A DNA stretch of 54,258 nucleotides from a virus (taxonomy: Duplodnaviria > Caudoviricetes): the IMG/VR virus record IMGVR_UViG_3300035670_007294, positions 1 to 54,258 of that record; one strand, given 5' to 3'. The notes beneath the pieces were generated by a model. That model was not told where the DNA came from. It saw nothing but the letters and a program-made list of their open reading frames with translations, and ran no database searches. Below, one piece after another: positions 20,319 to 29,957 of this stretch (position 1 is its first letter; each line of letters begins with the position of its first letter). A program made the position numbers and the translations under genes.

Positions 20319-20897
20319 CTATTTGATTAATTTGTATTCAGAACATATATTATCTACAATTTCTTCTTGTATCTTACCATCTATTGCTTTTGCTAATATA
20401 CTACAATTCCTTTTATACCTTGAACAAGTTTCACATTTATTTTTAAATGTTTCAAATATTCCTATAGTATCAAATATTCCAATATAATCAACTGGATATA
20501 TTTCTATTTCTATTCTTGGATTTTTAGAATCATAATACACCCTATTTACTCTTTCTAATGCAGTATTGTCATCTACCCAAATTTTTTGAGTATCTGTAAT
20601 AGCATCTAACATTATTTTAAAATAATTATTTGCATCTTTATCAATTCTATCAAAATAAAATATACAATCAACATAAAAATGTTGATATTTATTTGGTATT
20701 AAATTCCAAGATTGTTTATGTGCTTGTTCTAATACATACTTAGTAAAATCTTTTTTATATTTCTTAGCCTCAGCTGTTTCATACATTGAAATCATAGGTA
20801 TTTGTTTTTGACCTTTATTGACCATGAATACTCTAGGTTTTAAATAATGATTTACCGATACAGGTATAGGAGATATAAGTTTTAATTTTTTATTCAA
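20319..20897 (-). CDS. rusA: RusA-family Holliday junction resolvase with C-terminal Cys cluster
   Basis: PVSVNHY, DKDANNYFKIMLDAIT, WVDDN and NPRIEIEI motifs. Confidence 0.85.
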   Translation of the reverse strand: MNKKLKLISPIPVSVNHYLKPRVFMVNKGQKQIPMISMYETAEAKKYKKDFTKYVLEQAHKQSWNLIPNKYQHFYVDCIFYFDRIDKDANNYFKIMLDAITDTQKIWVDDNTALERVNRVYYDSKNPRIEIEIYPVDYIGIFDTIGIFETFKNKCETCSRYKRNCSILAKAIDGKIQEEIVDNICSEYKLIK

Positions 20898-20951
20898 AAA
20901 AATTCCACCCTTCTACAATTTTACTTTCTACTATTATATTATATCATGAAA

Positions 20952-21338
20952 TTATTTGCTTGCAAATTTCACAATAAAATCATATAATACATATATACCT
21001 GCAAATCCAAATCCAATTTTTAAAAAATATGATTTCCAAATATCACGCATATCAATTTTATTTTTATCTCCATCATCTTTAAGTTTATCAAATTTCATAT
21101 TAAGTTTGCCTATTTCTTTTTCATTACTCTCTAATGCGTGATGAATACCAACCATAGTAGATTTGACATCTGTTAATGTTTCAGATAATTTATCATTTGT
21201 TTTAATAAATTGTGCTATTAATGTATCTGTTTTACCACTTGTAATCTCTAAAGCATTAATTCTTTCTAATATTTTTTCAACATTCTTCTCCTGATTACAT
21301 GCATGTGTTATAGGATTAACAATATTTTCTTGTTTCAT
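20952..21338 (-). CDS. Holin-like (XhlA/BhlA-type) coiled-coil protein with C-terminal transmembrane helix
   Basis: Coiled coil followed by FLKIGFGFAGIYVLYDFIV. Confidence 0.5.
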   Translation of the reverse strand: MKQENIVNPITHACNQEKNVEKILERINALEITSGKTDTLIAQFIKTNDKLSETLTDVKSTMVGIHHALESNEKEIGKLNMKFDKLKDDGDKNKIDMRDIWKSYFLKIGFGFAGIYVLYDFIVKFASK

Positions 21339-21462
21339 TTTTTACCCTCCTTTAAATAATATAAAATAATATAAAAATACAATAATTTATAAAAACAAAA
21401 TAAGCCATATATATTATTATTGTTAACACATATGACTTATAAGTAAAAATTTTATAAAAATA

Positions 21463-22353
21463 TTAAATAATTGTGTTAGTTCCTAAATACATTTTAGATA
21501 TTATATTTGAACCTAAATAAACCTTGTCGATAGTAGTACTATCTAATTTCATATTAATAGATGCTTCAATATACACAGATGCAACTTCTGTATCATTTAA
21601 ATTTCTATCAAACATAATAACTTCTCCTATGTGTCCTTGAAAATAAAAATCTCTAGTACCACTAAGTCTTGCTCCAATTTCAAACCAATTATTAGCTACA
21701 ATACTTGATAATACTGTAGTATTTCTACTAATTTCAGTTCCATTTTTATATAATATACTATCATTTGGAACTCTAACCCCTACAAATTTCACAATTTGAT
21801 TAAGAGATAATGTATCATTAGGTTGACTTTCTGTATTGCCTGTTCTTACATTAAATCCGTATTGACTATTAACACTTCTTGTAAATACTCCAAATCCATT
21901 GGTTGTTGCTAAATATCCTTGTCCTGCTATAGCTTGTAAAGTATTTATTCTATGTGCCTCAAATTTAGCAACTAAACTTACAGATGTTGTATATCCACCA
22001 ATAGTAGCTCCTCTACTCATATAATCATTACTCCCATCAAATAGAGGAGCAGGTTTACCTTCACTATCAACCTCTACTACCCCATTTGTAACTATCTTTG
22101 GCATGTTGTCAAGTGTAGTCTGTCCTAAATTCCTATTATTTCCACTTTGGTCATAAAATGTATTAACAAATACATTCCCTCCATTTGCAAATGTTAAAAG
22201 TGTCGATGTATCCAATTGACCATTAACAAAACCTATATCTGTTTCTCCTAAAGTAGAGCCGTGAGTAACACGTATGCTTTTTGTTGCACTATCTTTTAAT
22301 TGCCTCATCCCAAATCCAGCTAATCCACCAGATAAATTATCTAATAATGCCAT
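21463..22353 (-). CDS. Virion-associated LamG/ConA-like lectin (GH54 catalytic-domain-like N-terminus)
   Basis: ETDIGF...FVNTFYDQSGNNRN, PLFDGSNDYM and FQGHIGEVIMFDRNL motifs. C-terminal IDKVYLGSNIISKMYLG motif seen in minor virion proteins. Confidence 0.7.
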   Translation of the reverse strand: MALLDNLSGGLAGFGMRQLKDSATKSIRVTHGSTLGETDIGFVNGQLDTSTLLTFANGGNVFVNTFYDQSGNNRNLGQTTLDNMPKIVTNGVVEVDSEGKPAPLFDGSNDYMSRGATIGGYTTSVSLVAKFEAHRINTLQAIAGQGYLATTNGFGVFTRSVNSQYGFNVRTGNTESQPNDTLSLNQIVKFVGVRVPNDSILYKNGTEISRNTTVLSSIVANNWFEIGARLSGTRDFYFQGHIGEVIMFDRNLNDTEVASVYIEASINMKLDSTTIDKVYLGSNIISKMYLGTNTII

Positions 22354-22357
22354 TTAA

Positions 22358-22645
22358 TCACCCACTAATATTTTCTTGATAAGTACTATCATTCCAACCA
22401 TCACCTGGAACTATATCTATTATCCTATTTGGGTGAGGATTTGGTAATAAGTAAAAGAATTCAGACTCAGTATTAAATATTGCTCCTATTTCACCTGTAA
22501 TAGTATTATATGTAATTTGACCATCTAAATACATAGTTACATTTTTTGTATTCTGCAAATCACCTTTGTACTCAACAAACATTTCATGCATTATGCCTGC
22601 AAGTCGAGCTTTAGTATATCCACCACCTGTTAAAATTTTTAACAT
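22358..22645 (-). CDS. Hypothetical protein in fibre gene cluster
   Basis: GGAGG RBS, tightly packed between fibre-like genes. Confidence 0.6.
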   Translation of the reverse strand: MLKILTGGGYTKARLAGIMHEMFVEYKGDLQNTKNVTMYLDGQITYNTITGEIGAIFNTESEFFYLLPNPHPNRIIDIVPGDGWNDSTYQENISG

Positions 22646-22684
22646 TCATTCTACCTCCTATATCATAAAATATTTTTTATCTTC

Positions 22685-23965
22685 CTATCCAACTATAACG
22701 TAAAGTGTTGATGAGTTAGGAGTTAAAGCATCATACTCAGCCTGTGTTAAACTAACTATATTAGTTACTTTATCTGCTCCTGTTATACCTGTTGTAATAG
22801 AATTCACCTTATTGTCTGTAATTCCATCTAGTTCATCAATTGCAGTTTGTACATTTGTAGCAGATAAAAGGCTCGTTTCATTAGTATATGTAACTTGAGA
22901 AGCTGTAACACCTGTTAAAAATCCACCACTTTGACCAATAAAGAATGCTCTATTTCCTCTTAAACTTACAACGTCTGCAATAGTCCAATCATTAGCTTGA
23001 TTTCCTACTCTTGATAATATAATTTGATTTATAAAAGTAAACTCTGGCAATATTCCTGATAATCCAGATAAATTTAAATTTAAAGGAGTCTGTAATCTTT
23101 CAGCATCTAATGATGTACTAATACTTTGACCTTGAACCATCATAAATCTAAATTTTTTACTAAATTCATCTGCTGTTGTTGGTAATGCAATCACCCATAC
23201 ACTCATAAATCTTGCATTTGGCAATTGAGTTTGAATCCAAGCACTACCATCCCATTGATTATAGGCTGGGAATCCTGTAACAATATTTACTAATTCTGTT
23301 TTAGAGTTTTCTAAGTTTACCTTACTTGCTTCACTTAAAAATAAATGAGAATATAAATTTTGTCCAGCACCAACACCGTATGTAAAAGCCAATATTGTAG
23401 AAGTCAAATCTTCATCTCTTACTTTACATTCATTTATATTTGGTCTTTTATTAGTAGTTACTATACTATTTAATGTATAACTATTTGTTGTTAACTCTCC
23501 TCCACTTAATCTTACTGTACCAACACTATAATGGTCTGCTGAATGGCTCTGCCAAGGCATTAAACCATGAACCTCTCTTTGAGCAAATTTAACACCTGTA
23601 CTTGAACAGTAACAAACATATGCAATTTGAACTTCATAAAAAGCCCAAGCAGTTGTGCTCCACTCTATACCATTACCATTATATTTTAAAAATCTAGTTG
23701 ATGTTATTCCTTCTGGATGAGCAGGAGAAGTCCACTCATAAACACCTTCACTTAATTCATTAGCTAAAAATTCTTGTATTAGATTACCATGATATAAACA
23801 TCTTAAATCTCCATTTAATGTAATAGTTCTTGCAACATCATCATAAGTTACTATTATATTTTCCCCATCTATAAATCCTGATGGTTCTTTAGTTAAATCA
23901 TAGTTATTAAATACATTATCAATATCTATTACATTTTTTTTTAATAATGTTTTCCAAAAAGACAA
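22685..23965 (-). CDS. Minor virion fibre protein
   Basis: ASQVTY...LSATNVQTAIDEL and the C-terminal LTQAEYDALTPNSSTLYVI motif are typical of phage fibres. Confidence 0.65.
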   Translation of the reverse strand: MSFWKTLLKKNVIDIDNVFNNYDLTKEPSGFIDGENIIVTYDDVARTITLNGDLRCLYHGNLIQEFLANELSEGVYEWTSPAHPEGITSTRFLKYNGNGIEWSTTAWAFYEVQIAYVCYCSSTGVKFAQREVHGLMPWQSHSADHYSVGTVRLSGGELTTNSYTLNSIVTTNKRPNINECKVRDEDLTSTILAFTYGVGAGQNLYSHLFLSEASKVNLENSKTELVNIVTGFPAYNQWDGSAWIQTQLPNARFMSVWVIALPTTADEFSKKFRFMMVQGQSISTSLDAERLQTPLNLNLSGLSGILPEFTFINQIILSRVGNQANDWTIADVVSLRGNRAFFIGQSGGFLTGVTASQVTYTNETSLLSATNVQTAIDELDGITDNKVNSITTGITGADKVTNIVSLTQAEYDALTPNSSTLYVIVG

Positions 23966-24649
23966 CTAACTCACCACCTTTCCAACTACGGTAATATTTC
24001 CTCCTGATACAACTGTTAAATCAAACCATACTTTATCATATCCACTAATATCAAAATCATAAATCGTATTTTTTGTACTTGTACTAGATACTAGTGTTAA
24101 TGCAGTACTCTCAATTCCAAGTATAGTACTTACGACACTCCCTAATTGCCCTTTAAATACTAATGTGAAAGATGTAGCTGTTCCTGTAACACTCATTCTT
24201 AGGTCTTTATAGTCTGAAACAGTTAGTTCAGTTCCTAACGCAGGAGATATAGATGCATTATGGAATATTATGCTTGATGTTTTATTACTTAATTTCACAG
24301 ATAAATTTCCATCAGAATCTATATTAACAGTATCTTCTGTTGTACCATCTTTAATAGTCATAGAACCAATTACAGATAAATTCCCATTAGAATCTACATG
24401 AACCGTATCTTCTGTTACAGCATCTTTAATAGCCACAGAACCAATAGTAATATCTCCTACTTCAATACTTGCATTTATACCTACTTTGGGAGTATATTCA
24501 ACCCAAGTATCAGTATCTTTATCAAATTTATATCTTGTACCTGTATCAATTTCTATAAACTCATCATTATTTCTGACACCTGTTATAGGTTTAATATCTG
24601 TACTATTCCCACTATACTCTCTGCTTTTATCAACATATTGTGTAATCAT
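23966..24649 (-). CDS. Minor structural protein, Ser/Thr-rich, with internal IKD..TEDTV..DS.GNLSV repeat
   Basis: N-terminal STDIKP...FIEIDTGTRYKFD...W motif known from small phage structural proteins. Two ~24-aa repeats. Confidence 0.55.
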   Translation of the reverse strand: MITQYVDKSREYSGNSTDIKPITGVRNNDEFIEIDTGTRYKFDKDTDTWVEYTPKVGINASIEVGDITIGSVAIKDAVTEDTVHVDSNGNLSVIGSMTIKDGTTEDTVNIDSDGNLSVKLSNKTSSIIFHNASISPALGTELTVSDYKDLRMSVTGTATSFTLVFKGQLGSVVSTILGIESTALTLVSSTSTKNTIYDFDISGYDKVWFDLTVVSGGNITVVGKVVS

Positions 24650-24675
24650 ATTTTACCCTCCTTTTTTATTAAAAA

Positions 24676-25329
24676 TTATTTCTTGTATTTTTGTTTTTTA
24701 CTTCCTTTTTTTATTTCTTTGGATTCTTTGGTTTCTTTAGTTTCCTTAGTTTTAATAATCGTTTCAATATCTTCTTTCACTTCTTTAATTTCAACCTCTT
24801 TAATATATTCAATTTCTTTTAATTCGTTTTTATTATCAAATACAAATAATTTTTGTGTTAAAATAGTATTTTCTTCTGAAACAAGTTCAAAATTATGTTT
24901 TATAAAAATATCTTTTAATTCTTGTTCTGTTAAAATATTTAAACTATTATATTTGTCTTTTAATAATTCCCCATATCCTTCTAATGTTGAATATGTTATA
25001 ATTATTTTTTTACCATATAATTTTATCCAATTAATTACTTTATCTATATCATTTACATATTCTAAAACACCAATCATAGTAATAACATCATAATTTGTAT
25101 TTAAATTAATTAATTCTTCATTTAAATCACAATATAAATCTTTATTATCATCTGTTTTAAAATTATTTAAAGCTACATAATCATACTCTTGTCCTAGTAA
25201 TTTTTTAAAATATTTATCTCCTGCTCCAACATCTAAAATTTTACATCCTTTAACAATATATTTCATAGCTTGTTCTAATCTTTCTGGGAATTGACATTTA
25301 TAGTTTTCCCAATTAATTATTTTTTCCAT
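24676..25329 (-). CDS. Class I SAM-dependent methyltransferase with Lys/Glu-rich tail
   Basis: ILDVGAG motif I; YDVITMIGVLEYV. Confidence 0.82.
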   Translation of the reverse strand: MEKIINWENYKCQFPERLEQAMKYIVKGCKILDVGAGDKYFKKLLGQEYDYVALNNFKTDDNKDLYCDLNEELINLNTNYDVITMIGVLEYVNDIDKVINWIKLYGKKIIITYSTLEGYGELLKDKYNSLNILTEQELKDIFIKHNFELVSEENTILTQKLFVFDNKNELKEIEYIKEVEIKEVKEDIETIIKTKETKETKESKEIKKGSKKQKYKK

Positions 25330-25330
25330 A

Positions 25331-26344
25331 TTATACCCCTTCCAAAACTCTATTTTTAAATTCTTCTATTTGTATTTCACATGTATTTACTGTATTATTA
25401 ATTTTATCAATTTTATTTTTAAAATTATTAACTCCATCTGTAGATACATATTGAAATGTTTTTATTAAATTTTCTGTATCATCATCACAAAACCAATTAT
25501 TTAAATCAAATTTATCTCTTAACACAAAAAATTTATTGCTTTTCCCAATAGTCATTGTATTAGTATGTGATTTTAAACTCATTAACATCCCATGCATACG
25601 TTCAGTTATATAGATGTGAACATTTTTTATACATTTAATTGTTTGTTCTATATTAAAACTTTCAGGCATCATATTTATTTTAGCATTTGGGTTTATTGAT
25701 TTTATATCATTAAATAATTGCATATTAAATTTTCTATCATTCCAATCCTCATCACAGAATTGTTGTAAAGGAATTATTAAAATATTATATTTTAAAGTAA
25801 TAATATGTTTGCATAAATTTAAAACATTATCATAATTTAATATTGGAGAAGGTCTAATACTTATTCCTATTGTTTTATCATCAATATTAACTTTATCTAT
25901 ATTACAATCAGATATATTATAAGACCAAGCCATATCTTCTACTACATGAGAATTATCAGCACAATACAAATTATTGTCTACAGCAAAATTTCTACTCCAC
26001 TCATCTCTAAAATATATTGATTTACAATTTTTTAAAAATAATCTATATTTTTCCATTTCTATATAATCTGTGTTAATATTATTAGCAATACCTACCCCAT
26101 ATACATATGTTGGATGTTGAAAAAAATGTTCTCTCCAATATGCATTGGTAAAAAAATTAGGAACAATGATGTCTCCTCCACCTACAATAATCCTATTAAA
26201 ACTTGCTAAATTTTGTGTTTCATTTTGTAAAGCTTCTACTTTATGTTCATGAAATAATTGCTTCCATTTTTTTAAAAATATTTCATCTCCAAAGTTTCCA
26301 TATCCAAAATAACCAGATACTCCAATTTTCATTTTCATTATCAC
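25331..26344 (-). CDS. Polysaccharide pyruvyl transferase (CsaB/WcaK family)
   Basis: GYFGYGNFGDE, IIVGGGD, YGVGI, FRDEWS, EDMAW and ERMHG motifs in canonical order. Confidence 0.88.
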   Translation of the reverse strand: MIMKMKIGVSGYFGYGNFGDEIFLKKWKQLFHEHKVEALQNETQNLASFNRIIVGGGDIIVPNFFTNAYWREHFFQHPTYVYGVGIANNINTDYIEMEKYRLFLKNCKSIYFRDEWSRNFAVDNNLYCADNSHVVEDMAWSYNISDCNIDKVNIDDKTIGISIRPSPILNYDNVLNLCKHIITLKYNILIIPLQQFCDEDWNDRKFNMQLFNDIKSINPNAKINMMPESFNIEQTIKCIKNVHIYITERMHGMLMSLKSHTNTMTIGKSNKFFVLRDKFDLNNWFCDDDTENLIKTFQYVSTDGVNNFKNKIDKINNTVNTCEIQIEEFKNRVLEGV

Positions 26345-26350
26345 CTATTT

Positions 26351-27028
26351 CTATTTACTTAATATAAGATTAATATGTTTAAATCCTGATGAATTAATAG
26401 ATGTATCATATTTTTCAATTTTTAATCCAACTACACTAAATATATCTTTTAATTCATCTAATGTATATTGGTAAATATGTTCATCTAAATATTCTATTTG
26501 ATTTTCATAATGTGGAATATCTTTCCAATCATTATATTTATCAATCTTACCCCATGATAAAGCATCTGGTGTACTAAACATAATTACTCCATCATCTGTT
26601 AATAATGTTTTTATTTTTATTAATACATCTATAGGATTAAAGTTAAAATGCTCAAATATTTCTGTCATAATAATCATATCAAATTTTGTTTTATAACGAG
26701 GATTTTCTTTTTCTATATTACATTGTGTTAGATTAATATTGTATTCTAATGCCATATCTTTATTAAAATAATTCTTATTATCTAAAATTTCTAAATTGCA
26801 ATTTTTATTTATTTTTGTAAACAAAGATAAAGTTCCGTATCCTGCTCCAATATCTAAACAATTAATAATATTTTTAGTTAATATCCATTTTGGAATATGT
26901 GACCAATATCCTTGTTCATATTGTGCATAAATTTTATAATAATTTTCTGGAATTTTTGATAAAATTAAATTTTGTATTTCTTCAACTGTGTAGTATTTAT
27001 TGTGAGAATTTTGACAATGCATTTTCAA
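26351..27028 (-). CDS. Class I SAM-dependent methyltransferase
   Basis: CLDIGAGYG, FDMIIMTEIFEH, LTDDGVIMFSTPD and HIYQYTLDEL. Confidence 0.88.
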   Translation of the reverse strand: MKMHCQNSHNKYYTVEEIQNLILSKIPENYYKIYAQYEQGYWSHIPKWILTKNIINCLDIGAGYGTLSLFTKINKNCNLEILDNKNYFNKDMALEYNINLTQCNIEKENPRYKTKFDMIIMTEIFEHFNFNPIDVLIKIKTLLTDDGVIMFSTPDALSWGKIDKYNDWKDIPHYENQIEYLDEHIYQYTLDELKDIFSVVGLKIEKYDTSINSSGFKHINLILSK

Positions 27029-28040
27029 TTATATCCACCTTCTTATCCCATGTATGTTTCTCTGCTAAATTATAACATTGTTGTTTTAATTCATTATTAT
27101 TTTTTAATTGTAAAGCTTTATCTATATTTTTTATATATCCATTTATAGAACTACTTATCATAACAGCATCACCAAATTCTTCATTTAATTCAGTTGATAC
27201 AGGTATATTGCTTGATACACAAATCTTACCATGATTACATCCTTCTATTGTTTTTAATGGGAAACTATAATCCGATGTTTGACATCTACGGAAAGGTAAT
27301 AAATTTACATCACAATGAGCATAATAAGCTTGTAGTTCATCATATGGTTTAGCTCCACAGAATATAATTTTATCCATAATACTTTTATTATCTTTTTTAA
27401 ATTTATCATCTACACCCCAAAATCCACCTACGCAAACAATATAATATCTAGATGTTATAGCTCTTATTAATTCAATATCTACCCATCCCATTTGAGGATT
27501 TAATGCCAATGCACCCGAAAATAATAATACAGGAAGATTATTTTCTCTTAATTGTTGTATTTCATTAGGCACTTTAAAATCCATTCCTCTATATTTATCA
27601 AAACATCCATTTTCACACATATGAATAGGTTTATCTGTATGTTTTTTATGATAATTATAAATTCCATTTGCAGTAGTTAAAATAATATCTGCTTTATCTA
27701 CCATGTTTTTTTCTTCTGACTCATTTTGAGGGAATAAATCTAAACTGTCATATAATACATATTTAGGTTGTAAAGCTTCTATATCGACCCATCTATGACT
27801 CCATGATGCGAAATAAACATCAATTTGTCCTTTGAATTTATTTGCAAATTTATCCCAAGTATGATATACTGTAAGATTTTCATTAATAACTGTTCTAAAT
27901 TTATCACTCTTTTTAGTTTGATTAACCCAAAAAATTTTATGTCCTCTTTTTGCTAATTCATTCATTATATGTTGAGGTCTTTGTTGTAATGAATGGTCGT
28001 AATCTATTGTATTTGCATAAACTATGTTCAATTTTTTCAT
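26997..28040 (-). CDS. GT-B glycosyltransferase (GT4, TuaH-like)
   Basis: QRPQHIMNELAKRGH, YDSLD, ENG, PYDELQAYYAHCDVNLLPF and PLKTIE...GKICVSS. Confidence 0.88.
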   Translation of the reverse strand: MKKLNIVYANTIDYDHSLQQRPQHIMNELAKRGHKIFWVNQTKKSDKFRTVINENLTVYHTWDKFANKFKGQIDVYFASWSHRWVDIEALQPKYVLYDSLDLFPQNESEEKNMVDKADIILTTANGIYNYHKKHTDKPIHMCENGCFDKYRGMDFKVPNEIQQLRENNLPVLLFSGALALNPQMGWVDIELIRAITSRYYIVCVGGFWGVDDKFKKDNKSIMDKIIFCGAKPYDELQAYYAHCDVNLLPFRRCQTSDYSFPLKTIEGCNHGKICVSSNIPVSTELNEEFGDAVMISSSINGYIKNIDKALQLKNNNELKQQCYNLAEKHTWDKKVDIIENALSKFSQ

Positions 28041-28110
28041 AATTTCTCCTTTTATTCGTTTTAATTTTTATTATTTTTATTTTATTTAAGTGAAAAGCAA
28101 AAAAAATCAC

Positions 28111-28968
28111 TTAATCATTATATTCTATATATTTTTTTACTATATCTCCATTATTAAACTTTAATTCATTATTATTATATTTTTCTAATATATCTTTACT
28201 CATCATATGTTGAGAGTAAGCACTTATATCACAATAAATATTATATCCTTTTTGTTTTACACTTTTACAAAATGGTTCATCTTCTCCTTGCTTATCCCAA
28301 GCATATCTACCTACTTCACACACTTTTCTTTTAGCTAAAAATATTGCACCTGTAAAGTCTACTTCAATTAAATTATTTTCTTTTATTAACTGAGGATTTT
28401 TTATAATTTCATTTGTAATATGTTTATACCCAAAAATACCACTTTTATTTAATATGTTGGTGAACTTATAAGCATTTTCTATACTATTATAATCTACTGA
28501 TTCATTTTCTGGTTTAAATAAATATCCATTATATATTAAACTTGCGACCATATCCTCATCATGTGATAAAAGACGTTTTAAAATATCTTTTCTAACAATT
28601 ATATCAGAATCGCAACTAAATAAATAATCATGTTTTCTTTTTACACATTCATTAAGTATTTTATTTCTTAGTGTAGATAGCCATGTAAATGTATTTTCTA
28701 TTCTATTTTTAGTTTCTCTAGTATCTTTAAAATTATATTTGCTATTGTATATCTCTATTTTTATATGATTATATTTATTCTTATTCTTATCTCTAAATTC
28801 TTTTAATATTTTATCTGAATTATCAGAACTATTATTTAATATGAAATAAAGAGATATTAAATCCTTTGGATAGTCAATCATTTCTATATGTTCAAGATAC
28901 AATGGTAAAATCCATTCTCTATCATTAATAGGACATGCTATTAAAATTTTTTTATCAAACTCTATCAT
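28111..28968 (-). CDS. GT-A glycosyltransferase (GT2/Anp1-like)
   Basis: ILIACP...L..YL, LRNKIL, FSCDSD (DxD), EVDFTGAIFL and GEDEPFC. Confidence 0.85.
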   Translation of the reverse strand: MIEFDKKILIACPINDREWILPLYLEHIEMIDYPKDLISLYFILNNSSDNSDKILKEFRDKNKNKYNHIKIEIYNSKYNFKDTRETKNRIENTFTWLSTLRNKILNECVKRKHDYLFSCDSDIIVRKDILKRLLSHDEDMVASLIYNGYLFKPENESVDYNSIENAYKFTNILNKSGIFGYKHITNEIIKNPQLIKENNLIEVDFTGAIFLAKRKVCEVGRYAWDKQGEDEPFCKSVKQKGYNIYCDISAYSQHMMSKDILEKYNNNELKFNNGDIVKKYIEYND

Positions 28969-29013
28969 TCTACAAACACTCCATTCTACTTGTGAAAATT
29001 ATTTATATATGTA

Positions 29014-29057
29014 AAAAAAGAAGGTATATCATATTTATACGACATACCTTCTTTTTT
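29014..29057 (-). terminator. Intrinsic terminator after the tail tube gene
   Basis: AAAAAAGAAGGTAT...ATACCTTCTTTTTT stem with T-tract. Confidence 0.8.
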
Positions 29058-29112
29058 AAATACATATTATTATTGTTATTTTACTAATGTTATGATAATA
29101 TTAAATTAATAA

Positions 29113-29898
29113 CTAAATCAATTCTAACATTTCCATATAAACTTTTTCAACAACACCATTAGAAATTTTATCTTCTGCATATAGGTCAAACTCAATATTT
29201 AGAGTTGTAGCTTCTGTAGCACTCATAGTAATTGTCCAGTTATTTCTTGGTTTAGCTTTTAATATTTTAAATACTGTTGGATAGTTATAACCATTAACTT
29301 GGTCAGTTACAAGACCATATCCATTAATAGCAACATATCCTGAAAACTTATCTGCTGTAAATGTAATCTTTCTAGTATCTATCCTACTATAATCATATCT
29401 TACAATTATATTTGTATCAACTAATGAAGAATTTACAGTAATAACTGCTCCATTAATAGAATATTTTGTAGCGTCAGAAGTTGGTGTACCTAATACTAAT
29501 TCTGTTCCTGTATCTCTTGCAGAGTCAAGAATATAAACTTGTAATGTTCCTTCAACAGGAGTTGAAGCTAAAGTAATTTGATATGAGTCATTTACTGTCA
29601 ATATTTCTCTTGTTGGAACATCTTCTGTTAATTCAGTTAATTCTTTACCTGTTAAGAATGCAATAAACTCTAAATCCACCAATGGTAATTCACAGCTCAT
29701 CATCATATCTTTAGTATGGTCAAAACTTAAAAGCTTATAATTACCCCAACCACCTCTTAAATCTAGTCTTTCTGCACTTGATTCAATAGATGTATTAGCA
29801 GCATAGTCAGCATAAAATCTCGATTTCCTAGTAGTATAATCTACAATGTCAAGATTTAGGACTTCTTTTATTCCCAATTGTTTAGATGCTTGTATCAT
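29113..29898 (-). CDS. Major tail (tube) protein, YomU-like
   Basis: GIKEV...LRGGWGNYKL..FD...ITMSATEATTLNIEFDL; strong GGAGG RBS; followed by a terminator. Confidence 0.8.
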   Translation of the reverse strand: MIQASKQLGIKEVLNLDIVDYTTRKSRFYADYAANTSIESSAERLDLRGGWGNYKLLSFDHTKDMMMSCELPLVDLEFIAFLTGKELTELTEDVPTREILTVNDSYQITLASTPVEGTLQVYILDSARDTGTELVLGTPTSDATKYSINGAVITVNSSLVDTNIIVRYDYSRIDTRKITFTADKFSGYVAINGYGLVTDQVNGYNYPTVFKILKAKPRNNWTITMSATEATTLNIEFDLYAEDKISNGVVEKVYMEMLELI

Positions 29899-29957
29899 AA
29901 TATTTATTCCTCCTTATTTTTATTTTGTTTGTTTTTATTATAAAAAAATTAGACCCT

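Noticed and set aside
24676-27028. DNA methyltransferases or restriction-modification
   Set aside because: No DPPY/NPPY or PC catalytic motifs; they resemble small-molecule or sugar O-methyltransferases.
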